Of a DNA stretch of 64,000 nucleotides, positions 28,917-38,862 are shown in pieces. Positions within the stretch are counted from its first letter, which is position 1; each line of letters begins with the position of its first letter. The stretch lies in contig OZ246397.1 of NCBI GenBank assembly GCA_965230945.1, forward strand, positions 88,029-152,028, written 5' to 3'. Position numbers and translations under genes: made by a program. The stretch comes from an uncultured Gammaproteobacteria bacterium. GTDB lineage: Bacteria > Patescibacteriota > Microgenomatia > PFEM01 > JAPLYW01. Under the pieces are notes generated by a model, which was not told the DNA's origin, ran no database searches, and saw only the letters and a list, made by a program, of their open reading frames with translations.

Positions 28917-30614
28917 TTAAGGCTGAATTCCATAATAGGTGAATAATTCCTTAGATATTTCGAACCATAAGGGAGCTGCTGTTTCCGCACCCCAAGGGGA
29001 AGAAGTCGGTTCTCTTAAGGTAACCAACATAATAAACTTTGGTTCATCTGCGGGGGCAAAACCCACAAAAGAAGCAATCGTTTTTTCTTCATCATAATGC
29101 CCAGCCACTGGAATCTGAGCTGTTCCGGTTTTACCAGCAATACGATATCCTAAAGGCTTAGCCCATTTAGCTTCTCCTTTATCAACAGCATTGACCATCA
29201 TCTCTGTCAAAACCAAGGCTGTAGCTGGCTTAAGTACCTCTTTACCTAAACTGGGAGTAATTTCAACCTCCTCATTTTCACTTAAGACCTTGGCAACCAA
29301 ATAGGGCTTAACCAACCGACCTTTATTGGCAATAGTATTAACAGCTCTGATCATTTGCATTGGAGTAAGGGCTATTCCCTGGCCAAAAGAGGCAGTGGCT
29401 AAATCAATCAAGCCCCACTCCTTCTTTGGTCTTAATTCAGGTGTTGTTTCATCTTCAAGATCAATACCTGTCTGCTGTCCTAAACTGTAATCGCTTAAAT
29501 AAGCAACCATTTTTTCAATACCTAATTTTTCGGCGGTAAAAATCATGCCGACATTATCAGAGTGCTGAATAACCTCGACCATGGTAGAGTTAGGAAAATA
29601 CTCGTCATTCCAGGTCTTAATGGTGTAATCAGCAATCATCCGAGGACCACTACATTTAGTACAAGATGTTTGAGGTTCCACTACGCCTTCGTTAATGGCG
29701 GCCGCCATTACTAACACCTTAAATGCTGACCCAGGCTCGTAAGATGAGACCACTACTGGATTAGGAAAAAATTTCTTGTCAAAAGCAAAAAATCTACCGG
29801 GATCATAAGTAGGTAGAGAAACCATACCTAAAATAGCCCCTGTCTGAGGCTCCATAATCACCACCGAACCACTAATGGCTCCATACCTTTCAAGTCCTTG
29901 TTTAAGTTTTTCTGAAATAATAAACTGAACTGTTCTGTCAATAGTCGTCACCAAGGTTCTGCCATCTTTTTGTTCTTCTTTTTTGACCCCAGCCACCAAA
30001 ATAGGTTTGCCGGAAACATCCTTTTCTCTTCTTAAAAGACCTGATCTCCCCTTAAGTTCAAGATCATAATAACCCTCTAGGCCAAAATAGCCTTTATCTT
30101 TGCCATTGATATCAGAGCCGACAAAACCAAGCAAGTGAGCGCTGGCCGAACCTTCAGGATAAGTTCTTTCCTGTTCTTCTTCAAAACCAAGACCAGTAAT
30201 TTTTAAAGTTTCTATTTCTTCCTTTTCCTGACGAGAAATCTTATGTTTTAATGGCACCCAAACCAAATCTTCACGAATTAACCTTTCTTTTATCAATCCT
30301 GCTAAAGTAGCTGGACTATCAGGTTCAAGAATTAAAGAGAGATTGTTGGCAATTTCATCGACATCACCTTCGATTTGAGGTAAAGAAGCAAAAAGTAAAA
30401 AAGCCTCCTTATTAGAAGCCAAAGGGGAACCATCACTAGCCAGGATTTCCCCTCTTTTAGCAGGTACCTCAAAAGAAATCCAGTGTTGACTGGCTGCCAT
30501 AGCCGACAAATCTTCAGAAGAAAGAATCTGCCAATAAAACAATCGGCCGACTATCAAAAAGGCCAGCAAAACAAAAAAAGCTAAAAGAAAATTAATTCGC
30601 CAATTGGTAAACAT
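28917..30614 (-). CDS. ftsI: Peptidoglycan D,D-transpeptidase FtsI (class B penicillin-binding protein)
   Basis: N-terminal TM, SAFK (SxxK), SDN and KTGT boxes. Confidence 0.9.
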   Translation of the reverse strand: MFTNWRINFLLAFFVLLAFLIVGRLFYWQILSSEDLSAMAASQHWISFEVPAKRGEILASDGSPLASNKEAFLLFASLPQIEGDVDEIANNLSLILEPDSPATLAGLIKERLIREDLVWVPLKHKISRQEKEEIETLKITGLGFEEEQERTYPEGSASAHLLGFVGSDINGKDKGYFGLEGYYDLELKGRSGLLRREKDVSGKPILVAGVKKEEQKDGRTLVTTIDRTVQFIISEKLKQGLERYGAISGSVVIMEPQTGAILGMVSLPTYDPGRFFAFDKKFFPNPVVVSSYEPGSAFKVLVMAAAINEGVVEPQTSCTKCSGPRMIADYTIKTWNDEYFPNSTMVEVIQHSDNVGMIFTAEKLGIEKMVAYLSDYSLGQQTGIDLEDETTPELRPKKEWGLIDLATASFGQGIALTPMQMIRAVNTIANKGRLVKPYLVAKVLSENEEVEITPSLGKEVLKPATALVLTEMMVNAVDKGEAKWAKPLGYRIAGKTGTAQIPVAGHYDEEKTIASFVGFAPADEPKFIMLVTLREPTSSPWGAETAAPLWFEISKELFTYYGIQP

Positions 30615-30929
30615 TTACCTTTTAAAATCTGCTTTTACGGTTTCCAAAGCTACTGGGATTTGAGGAGTCAGATGCAAAACACTTTTTGCCTTCACCAAGC
30701 CTAACTCTTGAGCTGTCTTAGAAATCAAAGACAAAGAGCCCATTTGATTTATCTCTTCAGATAATCTTTTATTATCCTTTTCAATACGGCTTATCTTTTC
30801 TTCCAATTGACGCATCCTTCCTCCAGCCGTCGCCAAGCGGTGAGAAATCACCAGTTGAGCCGCAGAAAGCCCTATGATAATAAAAATAATTAAAACGATC
30901 AATTTTGGTTTTTTAATTTCTTTTTTCAT
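30615..30929 (-). CDS. ftsL: Cell division protein FtsL-like (small bitopic coiled-coil)
   Basis: 104 aa with a TM followed by a coiled coil; position between rsmH and ftsI. Confidence 0.7.
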   Translation of the reverse strand: MKKEIKKPKLIVLIIFIIIGLSAAQLVISHRLATAGGRMRQLEEKISRIEKDNKRLSEEINQMGSLSLISKTAQELGLVKAKSVLHLTPQIPVALETVKADFKR

Positions 30930-30956
30930 TTTTGGTTTTTTAATTTCTTTTTTCAG
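30903..30956. repeat. Tandem duplication of a 27-bp unit spanning the rsmH stop / ftsL start junction
   Basis: TTTTGGTTTTTTAATTTCTTTTTTCA occurs twice in tandem. One copy ends rsmH (AAEKRN*) and the other supplies the ftsL ATG-KKEIKKPK. Confidence 0.8.
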
Positions 30957-31851
30957 CTGCCCTTAACTTAGCACTTCTACTTCTTCTGTTTTTCTCAACC
31001 TCCTCATTGGTTGGTCTTATCGGCTTTTTAGTTAAAAGCAAAAGTTTTTTTTGCCTATTTTTTTCTTTTAAAAACTGTTTAACCTCTCTATCTTCCAGCG
31101 AGTGAAAGCTAATGACTACCAATCTGCCGCCTGGTTTAAGAATTTCTAATGCCTGTGGCAGGGCCTGACGCAGGTTAAAAATCTCATCATTAACGGCCAT
31201 CCTTAAAGCCTGGAAAACCTTGGTGGCCGGATGGATCTTACCACCTGGCTTTACCTTACTTATAATCTCAGCTAACTGATAACCTGTCTTAATCGGTTCT
31301 TCACGACGCGCCTCAATAATAATTCTTGCCAGGGTCCTGTAATTCCTTTCCTGGCCAAACTTCAAAAAAAGTTTCTCTAACTCTTTTTTAGTCAAACCAT
31401 TAACCAAATCAGCGGCGCTTACTTTTAAATTAGGATCCATCCGCATATCTAAAGGTGCTTTTGATTGAAAAGAAAAACCTCTCTCTAATGCTTCTAGTTG
31501 ATGGCTGGAAACACCTAAGTCAAGCAAAACCCCATCAACTTTCTGAAAACCATATTCCTCAGCAATTTTTTTTAAATCTTTAAAATTCCCCTTAGCTAAG
31601 CGCCAGAAAGAATTTAATCCCAGTTTAACCTTGCGGTCATCTGGAACAGGGCAGGCAGTAGATAAATACTCCCTGGCGCTTTTAATTGCCTCAGGGTCAC
31701 AATCAATACCTAGAATTTTTCCACCTAAAGATAAAATTGAAAGGGCATGACCTCCGCCACCTACGGTGGCATCAAGGTATTTCCCTCCTTTTTTAACGTT
31801 CAAATAATTAATAGTTTCTTTTAAAAGAACTGGCGTATGAAATCGGTTCAT
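30940..31851 (-). CDS. rsmH: 16S rRNA (cytosine1402-N4)-methyltransferase RsmH/MraW
   Basis: HTPVLLKE... plus a SAM-binding fold. Confidence 0.9.
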   Translation of the reverse strand: MNRFHTPVLLKETINYLNVKKGGKYLDATVGGGGHALSILSLGGKILGIDCDPEAIKSAREYLSTACPVPDDRKVKLGLNSFWRLAKGNFKDLKKIAEEYGFQKVDGVLLDLGVSSHQLEALERGFSFQSKAPLDMRMDPNLKVSAADLVNGLTKKELEKLFLKFGQERNYRTLARIIIEARREEPIKTGYQLAEIISKVKPGGKIHPATKVFQALRMAVNDEIFNLRQALPQALEILKPGGRLVVISFHSLEDREVKQFLKEKNRQKKLLLLTKKPIRPTNEEVEKNRRSRSAKLRAAEKRN

Positions 31852-32288
31852 ACCTTTTTTTCACCCGCTTTATCTAACTGTTCAGCGATTTTTTCAGCAT
31901 TTTGATCAAGATATTTCTGATGTTTCTGCCAATTCTCTTTACTCCAAATTTCTAAACGATTTAAAAGACCAACAAAAACAATCTCTTCATTAAGTTCGGC
32001 ATACTTTGCTAAGGTTTGCGGAATAACAAAACGCCCTTGATTATCAAGCTCTATCTCAAAGGCGCTTCCTAATAAAAATCTGTCTGTTTCTCGTACAGGA
32101 GAGCTGATAAAAGACCTTTCCTTAATCTGAGCTAACAAACCCAACCACTGTTTTTCCGAAACAATCACTAAACAATTCTCATACCATTGGGCAACAACAA
32201 CCTTTTTACCTAATTGCTGACGATACTTAGCAGGAACAGCCGTTCTATTTTTAAGACTAAGTTTAGTTTGATAGCGTCCAACTAACAT
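31848..32288 (-). CDS. mraZ: Transcriptional regulator MraZ
   Basis: Tandem MraZ domains; first gene of the dcw operon. Confidence 0.85.
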   Translation of the reverse strand: MLVGRYQTKLSLKNRTAVPAKYRQQLGKKVVVAQWYENCLVIVSEKQWLGLLAQIKERSFISSPVRETDRFLLGSAFEIELDNQGRFVIPQTLAKYAELNEEIVFVGLLNRLEIWSKENWQKHQKYLDQNAEKIAEQLDKAGEKKV

Positions 32289-32313
32289 ACCTACCCTTTC
32301 TTGGCTAGTGGCT

Positions 32314-32331
32314 TACACCACTTTACACCAC
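32314..32331 (-). promoter_or_regulatory. Putative MraZ operator: direct GTGGTGTA repeats at 10-bp spacing upstream of mraZ
   Basis: The plus strand shows TACACCAC-TT-TACACCAC (minus-strand GTGGTGTAAAGTGGTGTA) 26-43 nt upstream of the mraZ ATG. MraZ proteins are known to bind GTGG-type direct repeats in their own promoter. Confidence 0.5.
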
Positions 32332-32434
32332 TTTTTTCCATTTTGTCCTACTTTTATACCCCTGTCAACCCAAAAAATACCCAAAACCAAAAAAAAGGCT
32401 AAAAAGAAAAAAATTTATTTAAAAGTGGAACTAA

Positions 32435-33217
32435 TTAAGGAGTCGTGATAATAAAAGTACCTAAATTAGCAATCGAAGCAGAGACTTCCTTGCCATCAAC
32501 AATATTATCTTCTTCAGACCAGCCTTTAGTGCCCCATGAATAAAGCTTAACCTCATCCTTTTCTTCCTCTAGATTAAAAGCCACTTCAGCGCTACTAATG
32601 GTTGTTCTTCCTGAGGTAAAAATCCCATAAGGACCGACAATAATATCCTTCTCTATTGCTTTTGGCAAACCGACTGTAAGCATGGTGATATAAAAAGCTG
32701 ACTTATTAATCTTGCCCGTCAGGCTAAAATTACCATCTAAAGAAGTTAGTTTATCATCTCCTTGCTGGAGGTGAAAATCGGTGACAAATTTTCTTGTGCC
32801 CTCAGAGCTTCGAAAACGGAGAGTTAAAGTCCCCTCTTCAATACCTTCATCATATTTACAAACATCCTTTGAACAAGTTCCTAATAATAGCTTCCTTGAG
32901 ATTTCAGATTCCCCGTCAAGATCAATAGAGCCGATGACTCCTCGAGATAAGCCTTGGCTTAAATAGATCAGTTCATACTCAATTATTTGAGCGTTATCTA
33001 TTCGAGAAATATCCAATGTAAACTCCTTACCGTCAGTTCTGGGTGTTAAAGTCACGTAGGGTCGTTGCTCTAAGGAAGTTTCTATTAAACTACCCCTCTC
33101 TTCTTCTATCTCTGGAATAACACCAGGAGTAGTTCTCCCTTTTAATAAAAATGCCGTTATAATTCCTAAAATTAAAACAGCGCTAACAACAGTGATAATT
33201 AAAATGTTCTTTTTCAT
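32435..33217 (-). CDS. Hypothetical membrane-anchored extracytoplasmic protein (260 aa)
   Basis: N-terminal TM; no identifiable motif. Overlaps the glyQS stop. Confidence 0.5.
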   Translation of the reverse strand: MKKNILIITVVSAVLILGIITAFLLKGRTTPGVIPEIEEERGSLIETSLEQRPYVTLTPRTDGKEFTLDISRIDNAQIIEYELIYLSQGLSRGVIGSIDLDGESEISRKLLLGTCSKDVCKYDEGIEEGTLTLRFRSSEGTRKFVTDFHLQQGDDKLTSLDGNFSLTGKINKSAFYITMLTVGLPKAIEKDIIVGPYGIFTSGRTTISSAEVAFNLEEEKDEVKLYSWGTKGWSEEDNIVDGKEVSASIANLGTFIITTP

Positions 33218-34590
33218 TTACTTAATCTAGTTTGGAAAAAATCTTTTAGTTTGTCAATAGATACTCTCTCCTGCTTCATACTATCTCTATCTCTTACGGT
33301 AACCGTTTTATCTTCCAGTGTCTGGAAGTCCGCAGTTATTGCCCATGGGGTTCCAATCTCATCTTGGCGGCGATATCTCTTGCCAATATTACCGATATCA
33401 TCCCAACTGACGGCAAAGCATGTCCTTAAGTCTTGGTAAATTTCTTGAGCTTTTTTCACCAACTTATCTTTATTAGCCAAAAGAGGAAAAACGGCTATTG
33501 CATAAGGAGCCACTCTGGGATCAAGCGATAAAACAACTCTTGTTCCCTGTTTGTCTTTCTCTTCTCGATAAGCATCAAGGAGCAAAAACAAAAAGGTTCG
33601 ATCTACCCCTCCGGAAGTTTCTACTATCCAAGGAATAAATTTTTCTTTACTAAGAGGATCTCTGTAAGTAAAGTCTTTTTTGGCATATTTGCCGTGTCGG
33701 GATAAGTCCCAGTCTCCTCGCCAGTGAATTCCCTCCCATTCTTTCCAGCCAAAAGGTGTTTTGTATTCAATATCGTAGGCCACCTTAGCATAATGAGCTA
33801 ATTCATCCTTTGTATGCTTCCTTAATCTTAAATTGTCCTTTTTATTAACCAAACTTTGGTACCACTTCATTCTTTCCTCCCGCCAATACTCATACCATTT
33901 TTCCATTTCTTTGGGATTAACAAACCACTGCAAATCCCATTGTTCAAATTCTCTTTGACGAAAAAGGAATTGCCTAGGAGTAATTTCATTTCTAAAGGCT
34001 TTACCAATTTGAACAATGCCAAAAGGAATTTTCAAATGCAGCGAATCTAAAACATTTTCATAATTAAGATAAATATTTTGGCAGGCTTCTCCTCGCAGGT
34101 AAGACTTCGTCTTTTCTCCTTCGACAACCCCTAGATCAACCCCCATCAAGAGATTAAATCTCCTTGGCTTAGTCAGTTCTCCACCGCATTCAGGGCAGTT
34201 TTTACCTTTCAAAGCTTTTGTTAAAGAAGCAATTAAATCTTCATCCGCAGCTCCTGACTCTTCAATAATAGTTTCTTTAAGCAAATGATCGGCTCGAAAT
34301 CTCTTTTTACATTTTTTACAGTCAACCAAAGGATCGGTAAAATTTTTAACATGACCGGAGGCTTCCCAAGTTCGAGGGTGAGTAATAATGGCCCCATCAA
34401 TGCCAACAATATTCTCATGATTATTAGTCATTTCCTGCCACCACAACTTCTTAATGTTGTTTTTCATCTCCACCCCTAAAGGACCATAGTCATAAAAACC
34501 TTGGATACCGCCGTAAATCTCTGAGTTTCGATAAACAAAACCGCGGCGTTTACAAAGACTGGTAATTTTTTCCATCAATTTATTAGACAT
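33214..34590 (-). CDS. glyQS: Glycyl-tRNA synthetase (alpha2 dimeric form)
   Basis: RRGFVYRNSEIYGGIQGFYDYGPLG class II motif 1 region. Confidence 0.9.
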   Translation of the reverse strand: MSNKLMEKITSLCKRRGFVYRNSEIYGGIQGFYDYGPLGVEMKNNIKKLWWQEMTNNHENIVGIDGAIITHPRTWEASGHVKNFTDPLVDCKKCKKRFRADHLLKETIIEESGAADEDLIASLTKALKGKNCPECGGELTKPRRFNLLMGVDLGVVEGEKTKSYLRGEACQNIYLNYENVLDSLHLKIPFGIVQIGKAFRNEITPRQFLFRQREFEQWDLQWFVNPKEMEKWYEYWREERMKWYQSLVNKKDNLRLRKHTKDELAHYAKVAYDIEYKTPFGWKEWEGIHWRGDWDLSRHGKYAKKDFTYRDPLSKEKFIPWIVETSGGVDRTFLFLLLDAYREEKDKQGTRVVLSLDPRVAPYAIAVFPLLANKDKLVKKAQEIYQDLRTCFAVSWDDIGNIGKRYRRQDEIGTPWAITADFQTLEDKTVTVRDRDSMKQERVSIDKLKDFFQTRLSK

Positions 34591-35128
34591 TGATCTTTTT
34601 TAAAATTTCTGAACTATTAATCTTTTTTTCAATAATTGTTTCAATATAAGGCTTCAGACTGCCCGTATTTTTTCTAATTTCTTCAGGTACGCCAAAACCT
34701 AATTCCTGCAAAAGACTCTCTTCAAATGACCTTACCAATTCTGATAATTGACTTTTATCAATTTTAGATAAAGAATTTTTTAAAAGTTCAAAGACGGCTT
34801 GGTTAGGCTGTTCATCAGGTGTCAGCTTATCTATCAGCTCGCAAAAATAATAAGCAACTCCCACTCGAACAAGGTTTTTTCGCCAGGATTTAAATAAGTT
34901 AACCAGCTGAGCTTCAGAAACAATATCTAAGTTCTTTCCTTTAACTAAAAACAAAATCGTATCATTAAAAACTTCTAAGCTGCCGGCTTTCCTGCTTGTT
35001 AACTTTCTCACTCCCTTAGCGATGGCCCTGATCTTGCCGTAATGCTTGCTGTAAATTGTTAAAATGCGATCCGCTTCACCGTAGTTTATTCTCTTAAGAA
35101 TAATCCCCTCAGTTTTGTAAGTTCTCAT
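34583..35128 (-). CDS. recO: DNA repair protein RecO (short form lacking the C-terminal Zn domain)
   Basis: N-terminal OB fold: EGIILKRINYGEADRILTIYSKHYGKIRAIAKGVRK. Confidence 0.7.
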   Translation of the reverse strand: MRTYKTEGIILKRINYGEADRILTIYSKHYGKIRAIAKGVRKLTSRKAGSLEVFNDTILFLVKGKNLDIVSEAQLVNLFKSWRKNLVRVGVAYYFCELIDKLTPDEQPNQAVFELLKNSLSKIDKSQLSELVRSFEESLLQELGFGVPEEIRKNTGSLKPYIETIIEKKINSSEILKKINV

Positions 35129-37098
35129 TAAAATTTAAATTCTTTATCCGTCTTCAGTTCAAATTCCTCTGTTTTTTTACCAAATTTAATCGTGTTCTCA
35201 TAACCATAGGTACCTGGCTGTTTCTGAATAAGAAGTTTATAAGGCTGACCTTCCTCTATTTTAAAAGGTAATTTATATTTAAAGGTTAACTGGGCTCTTC
35301 CTAGGGGCCTTAATGGCGATTTATCACCAAAGAAAGCCTCAAAAACGGTCTTGTCTAGGTCTTCATAAGTTTTAACTTCAATTTCTGAACCACTAGCCTC
35401 TATAAGTTCACTGCCCTTGGGTACATAAACTCTCACCCAGTCACGATAAAGGCCGTTTAAACAAAGCTCCCCCGCCTCCAGGTTGCAATTAGAGGCTTCA
35501 GCTGGGTTCTTGTAATCAATGGTTAAGGTTTTAATTACTGTTCCGTCTGAAGCGACTTCAATCTCTTGCAAGAAAGATTCTTTAATAAACATATTTGATT
35601 TAGCTCCAGCAAAATTACAATCATTAACATGAAGATAGTCGCCCTCATAATCTTTAATTCGACCGGAAGCATTTAAAACCTCCATTGTTTGCTGGATATC
35701 CTCATCAAAGAAATAAAAGAGAAGGTGTTTTTCAGCAATGTTGGCAAAGGCAATATTCATAAACGAAGGCCATTCTTTGCGGGGCGATCCCATGATATTA
35801 AGCAAGATAGAATGCATTAAGGGCCCGATTATTCCCTTTCTGGCTTCTCTAAGACCGGCAACAGGTCGGCTAATATAGCTTTCTAAAGCATAAAACACCT
35901 GAGGACAGTCACATCTTTTGTCATTTTCCGCTGAGAAATTACCAAAACCAGACACTCCAATGGGGCCTAAAACTTCTAAGATATCCACCAAAAACTGCGT
36001 GTCTAAAGCAATAATACCGTCAATTTTATCTTTACCTTCAACCCTTTCATAATTTTCCAAAAAGGTGTCCATGGAAACCTTAAAGTCAGGTGATAAATTC
36101 ATATCCCTTAAATGCCAATAAAAGACATTTTTATGATAGTTTAAGATTGGTTCTGGGGCCTTAAGACGGTTACCGAAACGGCTATCGAGGGTATAAATAT
36201 CATAAGAACTACTGGTTTCAAATTTACCGTCTTTGACGGATAAAACAGCATAGGCGGTTAAAAAACCACCAGTAGGACGCAACTCGGCATCGTTTTGGAA
36301 AAGCAAAAGATATCTTTTCTCATCAGGAATTCCTAAAATGGGACGTAAATGGCCAATAATCGGCTTAACCTCCCTTAATGTCTGGGCCATACCGTCAATG
36401 GTCGAAACTAACAACACCACTTTCTCCCTTACCTTTTTGCCAAAAAATTCCTCTGGATAACGATGAGGATTAATCTTGTCAATCTCTATTTGGGCTAAAT
36501 CCAGCTTTTCACTAATTTCATCTAAATTGGGCTGAATTTTATCCAGGGTTTCCAAAACCATAATTAGACGTTCCTCTGCTGTCATCGGCCCCCTGTCATC
36601 TTTTTTATCTTCCTCGCCCTCTTCTTCATCAAGGCCAAAAATATCGGCATAATCTTGTAGGGATTCAACAACAATATCGGCAATATCTAAAATTGATCTA
36701 CCTCCATTTATAAGATAAGAACCATCAAGATAATAGCCTCTGGCTAAAGGCACCACCTTAAGCCAAACCATTTTCCGATAATTGGAATTTAACTTTTCAA
36801 ATTCCACTTTGGTAGAATCTATTTTTTCAATAGCTTGATTTAAGTTTTGATCCTGAATTCCTTGATAAATACCTTGAGCTTCACCAGCTAATAGAGAAAC
36901 TTGCTTTCTAATTGATAATAGAGGTAAAACTAAAAAGAATAACAAAAGAATAGACAGGAAAACTAAACTACAAGCTACAATTAACCAAATTTTTAACTTT
37001 TTACTAAGACCTTTTTTACCCTCTTCATCCACTCTTAGCTCAGGATCGCCTAGATTTTTCATATTATCTATTTTATTGAAATTGAACAACTTTTTCAT
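35128..37098 (-). CDS. Large N-terminally membrane-anchored extracytoplasmic protein; tentatively DUF4012-like, a family often found next to polysaccharide loci
   Basis: 656 aa with a single TM near the N-terminus, then a coiled-coil and acidic stretch, then a LRPTGGF-containing domain. The family assignment comes from memory, not from a search. Confidence 0.5.
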   Translation of the reverse strand: MKKLFNFNKIDNMKNLGDPELRVDEEGKKGLSKKLKIWLIVACSLVFLSILLLFFLVLPLLSIRKQVSLLAGEAQGIYQGIQDQNLNQAIEKIDSTKVEFEKLNSNYRKMVWLKVVPLARGYYLDGSYLINGGRSILDIADIVVESLQDYADIFGLDEEEGEEDKKDDRGPMTAEERLIMVLETLDKIQPNLDEISEKLDLAQIEIDKINPHRYPEEFFGKKVREKVVLLVSTIDGMAQTLREVKPIIGHLRPILGIPDEKRYLLLFQNDAELRPTGGFLTAYAVLSVKDGKFETSSSYDIYTLDSRFGNRLKAPEPILNYHKNVFYWHLRDMNLSPDFKVSMDTFLENYERVEGKDKIDGIIALDTQFLVDILEVLGPIGVSGFGNFSAENDKRCDCPQVFYALESYISRPVAGLREARKGIIGPLMHSILLNIMGSPRKEWPSFMNIAFANIAEKHLLFYFFDEDIQQTMEVLNASGRIKDYEGDYLHVNDCNFAGAKSNMFIKESFLQEIEVASDGTVIKTLTIDYKNPAEASNCNLEAGELCLNGLYRDWVRVYVPKGSELIEASGSEIEVKTYEDLDKTVFEAFFGDKSPLRPLGRAQLTFKYKLPFKIEEGQPYKLLIQKQPGTYGYENTIKFGKKTEEFELKTDKEFKF

Positions 37099-37106
37099 TT
37101 TATTAT

Positions 37107-37745
37107 TTATAAGGCTCCTTTACCAGAAATCATGGCCCAGGGGGTTTTAAAAATAATAGCTATATCATTAAGAACTGAACGTGTTTTTACATAATCAGCG
37201 TCCATCTTTACCCTTTTGTCAAAATTAACATCACTTCTGCCGCTTACCTGCCAATAGCCGGTAATCCCCGGCTTAGCCTCCATAATCTGGTTCACATATT
37301 CTCTTGTTTCTGGATATATCTTTTGTTGATGCTCCAGCTCATCCGGATAATAAGCCCGCGGACCAACAATACTCATCTGACCTTTTAAAACATTAATAAC
37401 CTGAGGCAGCTCATCTAAGGAAAAGCGGCGTAAAAATCTACCTACCCTAGTAATTCTGGGGTCAGACCTTAGCTTATAGCTATTCTTTTTATACTTCTCA
37501 TAAATCTTTCTAAATTTAGGATCGGTTTGTAACAATTTATGGGCATTAAAAATCATGGAACGAAACTTATACATTCTAAAAAGTCTTTTATTTTGACCAA
37601 CCCGTTTGGGGGTATCAGCAAAAACAGACCCTTTGGAATCAAGCCTAATTAAAAGAGGGACAAGCAAAAAGATGGGCGAAAAAACAACTAAGAGGATTAA
37701 AGAGATAACAATATCAATGGTACGTTTGGCAAAGTCGTAAAACAT
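37107..37745 (-). CDS. Polyisoprenyl-phosphate sugar-1-phosphate transferase (small monotopic phosphoglycosyltransferase, WbaP/PglC-like)
   Basis: DELPQVINVLKGQMSIVGPRA and PGITGYWQVSGRS (Bac_transf domain). Confidence 0.85.
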   Translation of the reverse strand: MFYDFAKRTIDIVISLILLVVFSPIFLLVPLLIRLDSKGSVFADTPKRVGQNKRLFRMYKFRSMIFNAHKLLQTDPKFRKIYEKYKKNSYKLRSDPRITRVGRFLRRFSLDELPQVINVLKGQMSIVGPRAYYPDELEHQQKIYPETREYVNQIMEAKPGITGYWQVSGRSDVNFDKRVKMDADYVKTRSVLNDIAIIFKTPWAMISGKGAL

Positions 37746-37746
37746 T

Positions 37747-38862
37747 TTAAAGATATTCTTCCTTCTTTTTTTCTTTTAATAATTGAACTGCCTTTTTAAC
37801 ATTTTGTGCCTTATCTTTCCTGCAAATCAACAAGACATCTGGAGTATCAACAACAATCATTCCCTCAACATCTATCAAAGCCACTAAACGATCCGAAAAC
37901 CTAACCAGGTTATTGTTGCTATCAATATTATAAAACTCTCCCTTTTTACCAGTCTTAACGACCATATTATTTTCTTTATCCTTTTTACCTACTTTAAAGA
38001 CAACCTGCCAATCACCAATATCACTCCATTCAAAAGAGGCTGGTACTAAAACTAAATTATCAGCCTTTTCTGATACCGCATAATCTATGGAAATACTCTC
38101 TGCCTTAGCGTAAACTTCCTCAATAACTTCGTTCTCATCTTCTTCATTCCAAGCCTCTTGAATTTTTTTAGCCCCTTCAAAAATCTTAGGAGCGTGTTTT
38201 TGACAAGCCTTCAAAAAATTATTAGCTTTCCAAGTATAAAGATTGGCATTCCAATAATATTTATCACTCTTAACAAACATTTTGGCCTGGTTAAGTTTTG
38301 GTTTCTCTTTAAACTGTCTAACCTTAAAAACCTTTGTTCTTTCAATTGCTTTAATAACTTTATCAACTTGAATATAGCCAAAACCGGTATGGGGAAACGT
38401 AGGCTTGATGCCTACCGTAACTAACCAATCGCCTTCAAAGGCCATCTTGACTGCCACCATCATATTTTCAACAAATTCATCAAGAGGAGACATCAAATGA
38501 TCAGAGGCCAGATTAACAACGACTGCTTGAGAGTCAATTTTGGCGATAACGGCCGCACCAACCGCCATAGCTAAAGCCGTATTTCTGCCCTGAGGCTCGG
38601 CGATGACATTCTTTAAAGAAAGCCCCCCCTGAGCTAAAACCTCATCAACATAGTCTAAATTGGTAACCACAAAAATTCTTTCTTCAGGAACCAAGCGCTT
38701 AGCGCGCTTGATAGTTTGGGAAAAGATCGTTTCTTCTCCTAAAAGGTTAATAAACTGCTTAGGCGTCTTTTTACGGGAAGAAGGCCATAAGCGAGTGCCG
38801 CCGCCGCCGCAGAGAATTAAAACGAATAAATGATCTTTTAAATCTTGCTTATCTTCTGCCAT
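37747..38862 (-). CDS. manC: Mannose-1-phosphate guanylyltransferase (sugar nucleotidyltransferase)
   Basis: LILCGGGGTRLWPSSR NTP-transferase motif. Confidence 0.75.
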   Translation of the reverse strand: MAEDKQDLKDHLFVLILCGGGGTRLWPSSRKKTPKQFINLLGEETIFSQTIKRAKRLVPEERIFVVTNLDYVDEVLAQGGLSLKNVIAEPQGRNTALAMAVGAAVIAKIDSQAVVVNLASDHLMSPLDEFVENMMVAVKMAFEGDWLVTVGIKPTFPHTGFGYIQVDKVIKAIERTKVFKVRQFKEKPKLNQAKMFVKSDKYYWNANLYTWKANNFLKACQKHAPKIFEGAKKIQEAWNEEDENEVIEEVYAKAESISIDYAVSEKADNLVLVPASFEWSDIGDWQVVFKVGKKDKENNMVVKTGKKGEFYNIDSNNNLVRFSDRLVALIDVEGMIVVDTPDVLLICRKDKAQNVKKAVQLLKEKKKEEYL

